Origin: Planctomycetota bacterium
Lineage (GTDB): Bacteria > Planctomycetota > UBA1135 > UBA2386
Assembly: GCA_046290465.1 (NCBI GenBank)
Contig: JBKAGP010000001.1
Coordinates: forward strand, 5,984,001-6,048,000
Direction: 5' to 3'
Length of the DNA stretch: 64,000 nt
Each line of letters begins with the position of its first letter. Positions within the stretch are counted from its first letter, which is position 1. Positions 31,370-40,552 of this stretch are shown here, one piece after another. A model generated the notes under the pieces. It had not been told where the DNA came from. It saw only the letters and a program-made list of their open reading frames with translations, and searched no databases. The position numbers and the translations under genes were made by a program.

Positions 31370-32992
31370 ATGAACTGCCTCGCCATTTCCGGTTCGTTCC
31401 TGCTGCTCGCGGCCACCTGTGCCTCCCAGAATCCCGGCCAGTTGCCGGTCGCTCCGCTACCCGCCCGCGGGGTGCTATCGACCTTCCAGATGGGGATGCT
31501 GTTCGACGACGACCTCACGCGGATCGCGCTGCGCCGCGCCGGCCGGCGTGGCCTGCTCGACGTGTACCCGGGCGTCGCACAGGGCAACGTCATCGATGCC
31601 TCGGGGGCGGCGATCAACGGCTGGATCCGCTCCCAACCCGGGTGGTCCCAGTTCGGCTGGCAGCCGGCCTTCGATGCCCTGTCCACCTACTCCGACAACC
31701 TGCCGATCGAGCTGTTCGACCCGAACACCGCGGTGGCCGGAGACGAGTATTACCGTCCGTACGACGCGGGCCAGGACTCGTGGGCGATGCTCGAACTGGC
31801 CGTCGAGGCAGGGACCATCCGCGCCACCAATGCCGCGATCGACAACGCCACGACGCTCGGCTACTACTTCCAGAACTCGGGCTTCCCGAGCCAGCTCCAG
31901 AACGGTGTCTACCACGAGATCCTGCGACCGGACTTCACCAGTGGCAGCGTGCCGGCGCCGTCCGGAACGGTCGGGATCCGCGGGCTCGACGCGGGGCTCG
32001 GGTTCATCGAGGCGAGTGACGGCGTGCTGCAGCCGGGCATCCTCGAATGCGTCGACAAGCTGTACTTCTCCGTGACGCCGGCCAGCGCCGCGCTGTTGCG
32101 GGGGCTCAACTACTTCACCGCCCGCAACGACGAGATCGACGGCGCGACGATCTTCGAGGTCACGTTCAGCACCACGGGGGCGAACTACGGCGAGGTCGTC
32201 AACTTCCAGATCTTCCGGACCTACGTCGACCTCGGCGTGCCGATGGGCGCGGACATCGATGCGCTGGCGATGGCCGAGGCGCCCTACGGAGTCCCGCAGA
32301 GTGAAGACCAGAGGGTGCATCGCATCGCCGCGGGGCAGCCGCTGCTGGTGGTCTCGTTCGCCGGCGATCCGTTGACCCTCGCCGGCGCGCCGGTCACCGA
32401 CCAGCTGTGGGTCGTGGCCCGCACCGAACAGAACCTGCTGTCGGTGAACGATCCGCTGGCCATGCCGGGCGGCCAGCACGGCCGCGCGCTGCGCGACGCG
32501 GCCGGCGGCCAGTTGGTCGGCCCGGTCGGCACGCTCACCGGCAACGTCAAGGGCGTCTGCAACTACGATCCCGAGGGCAGCTTCCGGTCGATCACCGCGG
32601 CGTTCCCCGACGATGATGCCGTGGTGATCCCGCGCATGATCCTGAGCGCGGCCGCGACCCAGCCGAGCGTGGACGACGGCTGGGACCCCACGGTGGTCGA
32701 CCGGTTCACGCTGCACGGCTCGGTCAGCGGCTGGGGCACGATGCCGGCGCAGCAGGCCTCGATGCTGCTCTGGATCGAGGTCGACGGTACGCCCTACTGG
32801 CGTGCGCTGCCGCCGCGCGGTGCGGCCAAGGACGTCTACGACTTCGAGCTCGAACTGGAGTTCCCGCGCGACAACGCGCCGGGTAACGGAGGCATCAACG
32901 ACTACCGCTTCTGCATCGTCTCGGCGGCCGCGGTGTCGCCGACGCAGGCCTGCTACTCGCCGTTCATGCTGCTGCACCGCGAGGCGCCGTAG
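31370..32992 (+). CDS. Hypothetical secreted protein
   Basis: Signal peptide MNCLAISGSFLLLAATCASQ; strong coding bias; LYFSV and DIDALAM motifs. Confidence 0.75.
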   Translation: MNCLAISGSFLLLAATCASQNPGQLPVAPLPARGVLSTFQMGMLFDDDLTRIALRRAGRRGLLDVYPGVAQGNVIDASGAAINGWIRSQPGWSQFGWQPAFDALSTYSDNLPIELFDPNTAVAGDEYYRPYDAGQDSWAMLELAVEAGTIRATNAAIDNATTLGYYFQNSGFPSQLQNGVYHEILRPDFTSGSVPAPSGTVGIRGLDAGLGFIEASDGVLQPGILECVDKLYFSVTPASAALLRGLNYFTARNDEIDGATIFEVTFSTTGANYGEVVNFQIFRTYVDLGVPMGADIDALAMAEAPYGVPQSEDQRVHRIAAGQPLLVVSFAGDPLTLAGAPVTDQLWVVARTEQNLLSVNDPLAMPGGQHGRALRDAAGGQLVGPVGTLTGNVKGVCNYDPEGSFRSITAAFPDDDAVVIPRMILSAAATQPSVDDGWDPTVVDRFTLHGSVSGWGTMPAQQASMLLWIEVDGTPYWRALPPRGAAKDVYDFELELEFPRDNAPGNGGINDYRFCIVSAAAVSPTQACYSPFMLLHREAP

Positions 32993-33013
32993 TCGAAATC
33001 CGCGCGCCGGACG

Positions 33014-33041
33014 TCCGGTTTCGTCGCGCTGGCCGCCCTTG
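33014..33041 (+). promoter_or_regulatory. Candidate ECF-dependent promoter
   Basis: TCCGGTTT-N13-GCCCTTG, 35 nt upstream of ATG 33077. Confidence 0.45.
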
Positions 33042-33076
33042 GTTCTCGGACGCACGTTCGCGTCCGGGAATCACCG

Positions 33077-34429
33077 ATGACCCTTTCGACCTCCTCGGCC
33101 GGCCTCGCCGGCATCTCGCGCATCGCTCGCTGCGCATCCTTCTTCACCATCTGCGTTGCGGTCACCGCCCAGCAGGACGAACGTACCGTCACCACCATCG
33201 GCAATGCCGGCCTGATGGTCGCGACCGAGCCGACGACGCAGACCGTGCTCGCGCTCGACGACCAGGCCGGCGGCCCGATGGTGACGCGCCGGTTCGACGG
33301 CGCGACGTTCAACAACGTCGCCACCGCCGGCCCGAGCCTGCGCGCGCTCGGCGCGTTCTCGGCCTGCTCGTCGACCGAGATGGTGATGTTCGGCGGCACG
33401 CCGGCCGGCGGCGGCACGCCGCTCGGCGACACCTGGCGCTGGAACGGCAGCGCGTGGACGCAACTGACGCCGGCGATCGCGCCGGCGCCGCGCTTTGGCG
33501 CGGCGATCGCGCAGCTGCCGTCGGGGGCGGCGATGCTGTTCGGCGGTGCGTCGAGCAGCGCGCCCGGTGCGGTGCTGGGCGACACCTGGTTCTTCGACGG
33601 CAGCAACTGGACCACGCCGACCAGCAACCCGGTGCAGCCCTCGGCGCGTGTCGGTGCCTCGATGTGCCCCGACGGCAACGGCAACCTGCTGCTGTTCGGC
33701 GGCCTCGACGCAAGCGGCGCGTTCCTGTCCGACACCTGGCAGTTCGACGGCGTCAACTGGACGCAGCTGGTCGGTGTCGGCCAGCCGCCCGCGCGTGCCT
33801 ACGCCGGCATGGACCTCGACGCACTGCCGACGCTCGCTGGTCTGGTGCGCAACGACGTGGTGCTGATGGGCGGCCTGTCGTCGGGCACGATCCAGGACGT
33901 CTGGCGGTTCCGCAACGGCGCCTGGGCGGTGGTCCCCGGGCTGATCTACAACTCGGCGAGCACCTTCGTGACCGCGGCGACCGACGCCGTCCGGGACACG
34001 GTCGTCGCGGTCGACGCGGTGATCTCGCTGCCGGCGGCCAGCTGTGGTTCGCGCTTCACGACGTTCGGGGCCGGCTGCGGCTTCCCGATGACGCTCGCCG
34101 GCGACGACATCGTGGTCGCTGGCGGCAACCTGACGCTGACGATCGACGCGACCGGCTTCCCCAACGCGTTCCTGTTCGTGTCGTTCGACCCCGCTGCGGC
34201 TCCGGGCGCGGGCTTCCCGACGCCGTGGCCCGGCTGCGCGCGCTTCGTCGGCAACGCCGCGGGCGTCTCGGGCACCGTCGGGTTGGCGCTGACCGGTGCG
34301 GGAACCGGCACGCTGACGGTGACCGCCAGCTACTCGACGGCGCTGATCGGCACGCGGATCAACTACCAGGCCGCCGACTTCGCCGTCAACAGCCTCAGCA
34401 ACGCGCTCGAGGTCCGGGTCGGCAACTGA
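33077..34429 (+). CDS. Secreted Kelch/galactose-oxidase-repeat beta-propeller protein with conserved C-terminal domain
   Basis: Repeated LFGG..GDTW.(F/W)DG..W units; C-terminal FGAGC..PGC..YQ..SNALEVRVGN. Confidence 0.85.
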   Translation: MTLSTSSAGLAGISRIARCASFFTICVAVTAQQDERTVTTIGNAGLMVATEPTTQTVLALDDQAGGPMVTRRFDGATFNNVATAGPSLRALGAFSACSSTEMVMFGGTPAGGGTPLGDTWRWNGSAWTQLTPAIAPAPRFGAAIAQLPSGAAMLFGGASSSAPGAVLGDTWFFDGSNWTTPTSNPVQPSARVGASMCPDGNGNLLLFGGLDASGAFLSDTWQFDGVNWTQLVGVGQPPARAYAGMDLDALPTLAGLVRNDVVLMGGLSSGTIQDVWRFRNGAWAVVPGLIYNSASTFVTAATDAVRDTVVAVDAVISLPAASCGSRFTTFGAGCGFPMTLAGDDIVVAGGNLTLTIDATGFPNAFLFVSFDPAAAPGAGFPTPWPGCARFVGNAAGVSGTVGLALTGAGTGTLTVTASYSTALIGTRINYQAADFAVNSLSNALEVRVGN

Positions 34430-34444
34430 GATCGGGGCGGGCCG

Positions 34445-36256
34445 TCAGTCCGTCGCCGCTGCGTGCGTCGGCCGGGACGCCGCCCGTTCGTCGATCGGGC
34501 GGCCAGTGGTGCGCAGCAGCAAGAAGAACGCGGCGCCGCCGCCATCGCGGTCGCGGTATTCGACGCCGCCGCCGTGCATGCGCGCCACTTCGGCCGTGAT
34601 CTTCAGGCCGATGCCGAGGCCGTCGGGCTTGTCGACCAGCACGTCGCCACCCTGGGCGAAGCGCTCGAACACGCGCTGGCGCTCGTCGGCGCGCAGCCCC
34701 GGCCCGCGATCGGCGACCTCGATCGAGTAGCTGGACTCGCCGACACGAACGGTGAGCTCGACCTGGCCGCCGTCGGGGCTCCACTGCCAGGCGTTGCGCA
34801 GCAGGTGTTCGATGGCCTGCACGATGCGTTCGCGGTCGCCCTGCAGCCGACAGGTGCGCTCGCAGAAGATCGAGACCTCGACGTTCTTGAGCTGCTGCAG
34901 CACCGCGGTCCGTCGGCAGGCTTCTTCGGCCGCCTGCTGCAGGTCGACCGGCCCGAGCGTCCAGCCGGCCTGGTCGCCGGCGAGCGCGGCGTACTCGAGG
35001 GTGTCGGTGATGCGCTCGGCGAGCCGGGTCGACTCGCGCAGGATCGTGTCGAGGAACTCGTGGCGCTCCTCCGCGCTGGCCTCCTCGCCGAACTGCTGCA
35101 GCAGCTCGGCCGTCGACTGGATGCCGGTCAGCGGGGTGCGCAGCTCGTGGCTCATGCTGGTCAGGAAGCCGTCCTTGGCCCGGTTGGCCGCCTCGGCGCG
35201 CGCGGCCTTCTCCTGACCGTCGGCGATCAGTTCCTGCATGGCAGCAGCCATCGAGTCGAACGACCGCCCCAGGCGGCTCAGTTCGCGGTCCGAGTCGAGT
35301 TCGCCGACGCGGGCGCCGAGGTCGCCTTCGCGCAGGCGCTCGGCCGCCGTGGTCAGCCGGCGCAGCGGCTTCGACATGCGCAGCGCGGTGCGGGTCGCGA
35401 ACAGCAGCCCGAACGCGATGGTGGCGCCGCCGATCAGCAGCAGCAGCGCGCGCATGCGGTCGCGCAGCGCGAACAGGCCGCCGAGTTCCTGGCCCAGGAA
35501 CACGATGCCACAATCGCCACGCAGCGGGGCGACGATGCCGAACGCCGTCGAGCCGGACACGTCGACCGACATCGGGCGGCCCTCGGGGGGCAGGTCCGCG
35601 GGGCGCGCGGCCAGCAGGTCGCCGAGCTCCGATGGCGAAGGCGTGCCGCTTGGCCACCTGGTGCCGAGCAGCCGACCGTCGTGCACCAGCGCGACGTCGC
35701 GGCCGGACAGCGCCCCGAGGTGCTCGGCGAAGTCCTGGTCGACCAGGCGGCCGTAGACGAGCGAGCCGAGCAGCACGTCGCCCTGCACCAGCGGAGCGAT
35801 GCCGACGATCGCCAGACCGTCGGGGTTGGGCCAGACGTGGGTCGCGCTGCCGAGCTCGTGGTGCCGTTCGAACCCGGGCATCCTCGACAGGTTGGTCGTA
35901 GCCGGCCAGGCGGCGCGGCTCGCCAGCACGCGTCCGTCCGGGCGCAGCACGGCGAGCAACTGCGACTCGACCTCGCCGAGCACGTCGAGCAGCGTGACCT
36001 CGTCGACCCCTTCGATGTCCATCATCGCGAGCAGGCGCGGTGATCGGGACAGTTCGCGGACCTGGCGGTCGAGCGTCTCCAGCAGCAGCCGCCGCTGCGC
36101 GTCCAGGCTGCTGCGGGCCTCGTCGTACTCGCGCGCCAACTGCTGCTCGAAGTAGCCGTCGACGACGTGCGCGAACGCGACGGCGCACGCACCGACGAAC
36201 AGCACCACCATCGCGGTGGTGCCGAGCATCAGGCGGGTGCGGAACGCGAGCTGCAT
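34445..36256 (-). CDS. HAMP-domain sensor histidine kinase
   Basis: Two TMs around a periplasmic sensor; HAMP; FLTSMSHELRTPL, LLRNA, DRGPG, GLGIGL. Confidence 0.95.
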   Translation of the reverse strand: MQLAFRTRLMLGTTAMVVLFVGACAVAFAHVVDGYFEQQLAREYDEARSSLDAQRRLLLETLDRQVRELSRSPRLLAMMDIEGVDEVTLLDVLGEVESQLLAVLRPDGRVLASRAAWPATTNLSRMPGFERHHELGSATHVWPNPDGLAIVGIAPLVQGDVLLGSLVYGRLVDQDFAEHLGALSGRDVALVHDGRLLGTRWPSGTPSPSELGDLLAARPADLPPEGRPMSVDVSGSTAFGIVAPLRGDCGIVFLGQELGGLFALRDRMRALLLLIGGATIAFGLLFATRTALRMSKPLRRLTTAAERLREGDLGARVGELDSDRELSRLGRSFDSMAAAMQELIADGQEKAARAEAANRAKDGFLTSMSHELRTPLTGIQSTAELLQQFGEEASAEERHEFLDTILRESTRLAERITDTLEYAALAGDQAGWTLGPVDLQQAAEEACRRTAVLQQLKNVEVSIFCERTCRLQGDRERIVQAIEHLLRNAWQWSPDGGQVELTVRVGESSYSIEVADRGPGLRADERQRVFERFAQGGDVLVDKPDGLGIGLKITAEVARMHGGGVEYRDRDGGGAAFFLLLRTTGRPIDERAASRPTHAAATD

Positions 36257-36257
36257 G

Positions 36258-37298
36258 TCAGTACTTCTTCTTGTAGGCGCGGCCGTGCTTGTTGGTGTGC
36301 GGGGCGCGCACGCGGTCTTCGCGCACCTCGAGCGGCACTTCGATCCGGGCGCGGGGATCGACCACCAGCTCTTGCCGCAGGCCCTTGGCGAGCGCGTGCC
36401 AGACGCGCAGCGTGTAGGTGCCCGGTGGCACGTCGGGGATGTGCCAGTGGCCGCCGGCGTCGGTCACCGCGGCGCGGCGCGTGTTGAGCACCAGCACGTG
36501 CGAGGACATGTCCGCGTGGATGTTGCAGTGCACCTTGACCAGGCCCGGCCGCAGCATGGTCTTGCGCCTCGCCTTGCCCTTGCCGTAGGTGCCGAGGTCG
36601 AACGCGTTGCCGCGCGACAGCGAGAACACGTTGTGGAACACCACGTCGTCGTTGGGGAACTCGACCGTCGTGCCGGTCGTGACCACCAGCACCGCGGGGT
36701 CGAAGCGCCGTCCGCGCTGCGAGATCCGCGGTTCGCGCGGCAGCGGCTGCGGCCGATCCCGGGCCGACTCGAGGAACACCACGAGGCCGTCGGCGTCGGC
36801 GACGGGCGCTCCCTGGCGGTCGAGCAGGCGCACCGTGCCGTGCACGAGGCCGTCGCGGTTGGGGAACCAGCCGCGCTCGTCGTTGCCGTCGCGGTTGTGC
36901 AGGTGGCAGCGGGTGCAGGCGCCGCGCAGCGCCGCGAAGTCGTAGCGGCCACTCGGCCCGTGGCTCGTCGACGGCTTCTCCAGCGCGCCGATCGCCGCCT
37001 CGACCTGGGCCACCGTCGCGCGCGCCAGCTCCGGCGACGGCATCGTCGCGGCGTGCTGCGACAGCACCGGGAGCACGCCCCGCATCTGCTGCAGCAGTTC
37101 GCCCGGTGGCCGCGCCGCGGCGTCGGCGTCGAACATGCGCCCGAGCCGGCTGGTGGCGTCCGAGAGCTGCTGCATGGCGGTCGCCAGGTCCGGTCCGGTC
37201 GCGTCCTGGGCGCGCGCCGTGGTCGCGAGCAGCAGCCACAGCGGCAGCCACGCGATCCGCGTGGTGCCTTCGAGAAGCGTGCGGTGGGGGTGGGACAT
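36258..37298 (-). CDS. Exported cytochrome c'-like (CxxCH) domain fused to cupredoxin/carboxypeptidase-regulatory-like domain
   Basis: Signal peptide; helical region ending GACTRCH; FPNDDVVFHNVFS..VHCNIHADM (H-C-H-M copper ligand set); VPPGTYTLRVWH. Confidence 0.8.
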   Translation of the reverse strand: MSHPHRTLLEGTTRIAWLPLWLLLATTARAQDATGPDLATAMQQLSDATSRLGRMFDADAAARPPGELLQQMRGVLPVLSQHAATMPSPELARATVAQVEAAIGALEKPSTSHGPSGRYDFAALRGACTRCHLHNRDGNDERGWFPNRDGLVHGTVRLLDRQGAPVADADGLVVFLESARDRPQPLPREPRISQRGRRFDPAVLVVTTGTTVEFPNDDVVFHNVFSLSRGNAFDLGTYGKGKARRKTMLRPGLVKVHCNIHADMSSHVLVLNTRRAAVTDAGGHWHIPDVPPGTYTLRVWHALAKGLRQELVVDPRARIEVPLEVREDRVRAPHTNKHGRAYKKKY

Positions 37299-37300
37299 GA

Positions 37301-38536
37301 TCAGAAGCTGAACACCAGTTCGGCCGCGGTGAATACGCGCGTGTCGTTGGGCAATCCGCTCACGTCGGTCGCCTGCAGGTGGTCGAAGCCGACCTCGGCC
37401 TTGACGGTGAGCTCCGGCGCGAAGTCGTAGCTCAGGCCGGCTGCGACCCGCTGCAGCTGCGACAGGTCGAAGCCGTAGCTCGCCACGCCGTTGCCGTAGG
37501 GGCGGCTCTCGAAGGCGTAGCCCTCCTGGGAGTCGAACGTGCCGACCCCGCTCCAGCGACAGGTTGCCTGACACGACGGCGCGAACCGCCAGCTCGGTTC
37601 GATCGTGAACCAGTAGATCGTGCGGTCGAAGGCCGAGACGTCGTCGTCGACGATCGCGGTGCCGGCCTCGGCCTGGACGTGCAGCGTGCTCGTCGGCTGC
37701 CAGCGAACGTCGACGCACGCGACCGTCGATCGCACCTCGGCGCTCGGGCTGACGCCGGCGGCACCGCCGGCGACCGGCGTCAGCAGCGAACCGCCGAAGC
37801 ACAGGGCGCTGACGTCGGCTTCGTGGATGTAGAGTCCGCTGGCGCTGACGTAGAGCCCGTCGCACGGCCGCGCGTGCAGCCGCAGCGTCGTCGCGGGCGC
37901 CACGCCGGACGCGGAGTTGCGGCTGTAGGTGCCGTCGGTGATCGACGCCGTGAAGCCCCAGCTGCCGCGGTCGCTGTAGGCCATCACGCCTTCGTCCCAG
38001 CGATACGGGATCGCCGCCGGAAAGCCGATCATGCGGTTCTTGTTGGGGTCCTCGAGCAGGTACCACTCCCCGAACGGCAGGTCGAAGCGGCCGACCTTCA
38101 GGTTGAGCGTGCCGTTGGCCTCGCCGCTGCCGAGCACGTCGTCGATGCGGATGTAGGTCTCGCCGAGCGAGACCTCGTTCTGCCCCGCTTCCTGGAAGTA
38201 GTCGTAGCGCAGTTCGACGAACGCGCTGGCGACGTCGCGCACCGACATGTCGAGGAACAGCGTGCCGGCCTGGATGCCGAGCGCGCCGTCCGGGCGCGCG
38301 CCGCCGCGGGCCGTGTCGAAGTAGCGGCCCGCGACGAAGCCGTAGATCTGGAACCGGTCGATCCAGTCGTCGAGGGCGCGACCGGCGCGGCCGAACGCAT
38401 CCTGCATCGAGTCGTGCTGGTCCTCGCCGAGGTCGACGCCGCCGACCTCGGGCTCCTGCGCGAGCAGGCCGGTGGCGGGCAACAACAGGGCGAGCGTCGG
38501 GACCAGGGCGCGCCGCAGCGCGAAGGGGGCGTGCAT
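37301..38536 (-). CDS. Outer-membrane beta-barrel (porin-like) protein
   Basis: Signal peptide, LNLKVGRFDLPFG, amphipathic strands, C-terminal ELVFSF. Confidence 0.8.
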   Translation of the reverse strand: MHAPFALRRALVPTLALLLPATGLLAQEPEVGGVDLGEDQHDSMQDAFGRAGRALDDWIDRFQIYGFVAGRYFDTARGGARPDGALGIQAGTLFLDMSVRDVASAFVELRYDYFQEAGQNEVSLGETYIRIDDVLGSGEANGTLNLKVGRFDLPFGEWYLLEDPNKNRMIGFPAAIPYRWDEGVMAYSDRGSWGFTASITDGTYSRNSASGVAPATTLRLHARPCDGLYVSASGLYIHEADVSALCFGGSLLTPVAGGAAGVSPSAEVRSTVACVDVRWQPTSTLHVQAEAGTAIVDDDVSAFDRTIYWFTIEPSWRFAPSCQATCRWSGVGTFDSQEGYAFESRPYGNGVASYGFDLSQLQRVAAGLSYDFAPELTVKAEVGFDHLQATDVSGLPNDTRVFTAAELVFSF

Positions 38537-38626
38537 ACGCCCGTGTCATCGGCCCGTCCGGCTCCGCACTTGAGCCCAGGTGGGGGCGCGGCGGTTGCCG
38601 GGCGCCCGGTTGGGGGGGGGCGTCGA

Positions 38627-39703
38627 TCAGGCGTAGTACTTGCCGAACCGGTTCGCCAGGAACTGCTCGTAGTCGACGTCTTCCATCTTGAGGAAGCCCT
38701 CGCCCGGCAGCTTGCCCTCGTGCAGCAGGTCGACGATCGCGCAGACGCCCGCGGCGGTCGTGATCTGGATGCCGCTCCAGTTGCGGCCGTCGATGTTCTG
38801 GTGGTAGATCGTCTTGGCGTAGGTGCGCTCGGCGAGGCGGCCGCGGTACTGCCCGGTGGCGCTGACGAAGATCACGATCTGGTCCTGGAACGTCGCCGGC
38901 AGCGACTTCTCGAAGATCTTGCCGAGGCCTTCCTGGTCGTCCTGCATCTGCAGGTCGTGCAGCAGGAACTTCATCAGGTCGCAGTGACCCGGGTAGCGCA
39001 TCGTCTTGTAGTTGACGTTCTTGACCTTGTCCTTGAGCGTGATCGCGAGCGTGCCGAGGCCGCCCGACGTGTTGAATGCCTCGTACTCGACGCCGTCGAT
39101 CGTCAGGTGCTCGAGCTGCTCCATCGGCGGCACCGTGGTCAGCTCGCCGTTCTCGACCGACTCGCACGGGTTGCAGTACTCGTTGATCAGGCCGGCGGTC
39201 GACCAGGTCAGGTTGTACTTCAGGCGGTTGGACGGGTAGCGCGGCAGCGCGCCGACGCGCAGGCGCAGGTCGCTGACCTCGGTCATCGACTGCATCAGGT
39301 GGTTGGCCGTGATCGTGATGAAGCCCGGCGCGAGGCCGCACTGCGGCGCGAACAGCGATTTGCTGCCCTCGGCCAGCTTCTTGACCTGGGCGGTGACCTC
39401 GACGTCCTCGGTCAGGTCGAAGTAGTGCACGCCGTGCTCCTTGGCGCGCTCGGCGATCAGCGGGTTGCAGTGGTAGGGCGCGCAGCTGATCACGGCCCAG
39501 GCGCCCTTCAGGATCGCGTCGAGCGACGCGCCGTCGGCGAAGTCGACGACCTGGCCGTCGACCGCTTCGAACTCCTTCTTGATGTGGTCGATCGCGGCCT
39601 GCGAGGCGTCGCCGATGCGGACCTTGTAGGAGCCGCTGTGCGACATGAAGTGGCAGACCATGCGGCCGATCTTGCCGGCGCCGAGGATGACGAGTTCGTT
39701 CAT
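38627..39703 (-). CDS. Saccharopine dehydrogenase / lysine 6-dehydrogenase family protein
   Basis: ILGAGKIG, HYFDLTEDV, PQCGLAPGF, RVGALP, YNLTWST, YEAFNTSGGLG, YKTMRYPGH. Confidence 0.9.
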   Translation of the reverse strand: MNELVILGAGKIGRMVCHFMSHSGSYKVRIGDASQAAIDHIKKEFEAVDGQVVDFADGASLDAILKGAWAVISCAPYHCNPLIAERAKEHGVHYFDLTEDVEVTAQVKKLAEGSKSLFAPQCGLAPGFITITANHLMQSMTEVSDLRLRVGALPRYPSNRLKYNLTWSTAGLINEYCNPCESVENGELTTVPPMEQLEHLTIDGVEYEAFNTSGGLGTLAITLKDKVKNVNYKTMRYPGHCDLMKFLLHDLQMQDDQEGLGKIFEKSLPATFQDQIVIFVSATGQYRGRLAERTYAKTIYHQNIDGRNWSGIQITTAAGVCAIVDLLHEGKLPGEGFLKMEDVDYEQFLANRFGKYYA

Positions 39704-39871
39704 TGAGCTGAGCAGAGTTGCCGGTGGGCTGTGGTGGGCTTTCAGGGCGTGGCAGCGCCGCGTTCTCGGGCGAACATTCTTCGGCCGCCGGGCCGCCGGT
39801 CAAGAGTTGTCGCGCAGATGTCGCCGTTCTGGCCATGGCAGCGGCATACTGACGGGAAGGAAACACCGCCG

Positions 39872-40162
39872 ATGTCGTCGCAAGCCGTTGTCATGATGGA
39901 GGTCCCGCAGAAGGCCGAGCCGCTGCCGTTGTCCGACTTGTTGGGGCAGGCGCCCGGCGGCTTGCTGTGGCTGCTGATCCCGGCGATCGGGCTGCTGCTG
40001 CACCTGGGCCTTTCGGTGGTGGTGCTGATCGACGGTCGCAAGCGCCGGACCGAGATGATGGCGGCGCCGCTGTGGGCGCTGCTGGTGTTCTTCACCGGCC
40101 TGATGGGCTTCTTGGTCTACTGGCTGGTCAACCGCGAGGCGCCGCGGCGCGACCCGGGCTAG
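39872..40162 (+). CDS. Small membrane protein
   Basis: GGAAGG upstream of ATG 39872; 2-3 TMs; DGRKR..WALLVFFTGLMGFLVYWL. Confidence 0.65.
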   Translation: MSSQAVVMMEVPQKAEPLPLSDLLGQAPGGLLWLLIPAIGLLLHLGLSVVVLIDGRKRRTEMMAAPLWALLVFFTGLMGFLVYWLVNREAPRRDPG

Positions 40163-40169
40163 GCGCCGC

Positions 40170-40454
40170 GTGTCCGGCGCGTCGCAGCGTGGCGAAAGCC
40201 TGCTCGAGACCCTCGTGCGGCTGCTCGACGAGCATCAGGTCGCGCGCCTGCTCGTCTACGCGCTGCTCGCGGTCGCCGTCGTGCACGTCACGCTGGCGAT
40301 CGTGGTCTGGGTGCACAGCCGCAAGGTCGAGCTGCAGTACCTGTCCCGTTCGGGATGGACCTGGACGGTGCTGTCCTCGGGCGTGCTGGCCGCGATGGCC
40401 TACTGGATCGTGCACGTCGTCGCGGCACCGGACCAAACCCAGGACCCCGACTGA
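40170..40454 (+). CDS. Small membrane protein
   Basis: Two TMs; WTWTVLSSGVLAAMAYWIVH, a pattern similar to the upstream gene. Confidence 0.6.
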   Translation: MSGASQRGESLLETLVRLLDEHQVARLLVYALLAVAVVHVTLAIVVWVHSRKVELQYLSRSGWTWTVLSSGVLAAMAYWIVHVVAAPDQTQDPD

Positions 40455-40552
40455 CCCCCCAAAACACCGCATACCGACACCGCATACCGAACCGGGTGGC
40501 GCAGCCTGCACCACGGCTCGGCATGCGGTGCGGCGTGCGTGTCGGGGGTCAG
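40451..40552. repeat. ~100-bp imperfect inverted repeat between convergent genes
   Basis: CTGACCCCC...GGGGGTCAG ends; internal CACCGCATACCGA twice, pairing with TCGGCATGCGGTG. Confidence 0.6.

Noticed and set aside
28628..32992. 1454-aa ORF as a kinase fusion
   Set aside because: The first ~914 codons are an alternative frame over the sigma and kinase genes; the real gene starts at 31370 with a signal peptide.
36258..39866. 1202-aa ORF
   Set aside because: Off-frame overlap of the porin and dehydrogenase genes; only the last 346 aa are credible.
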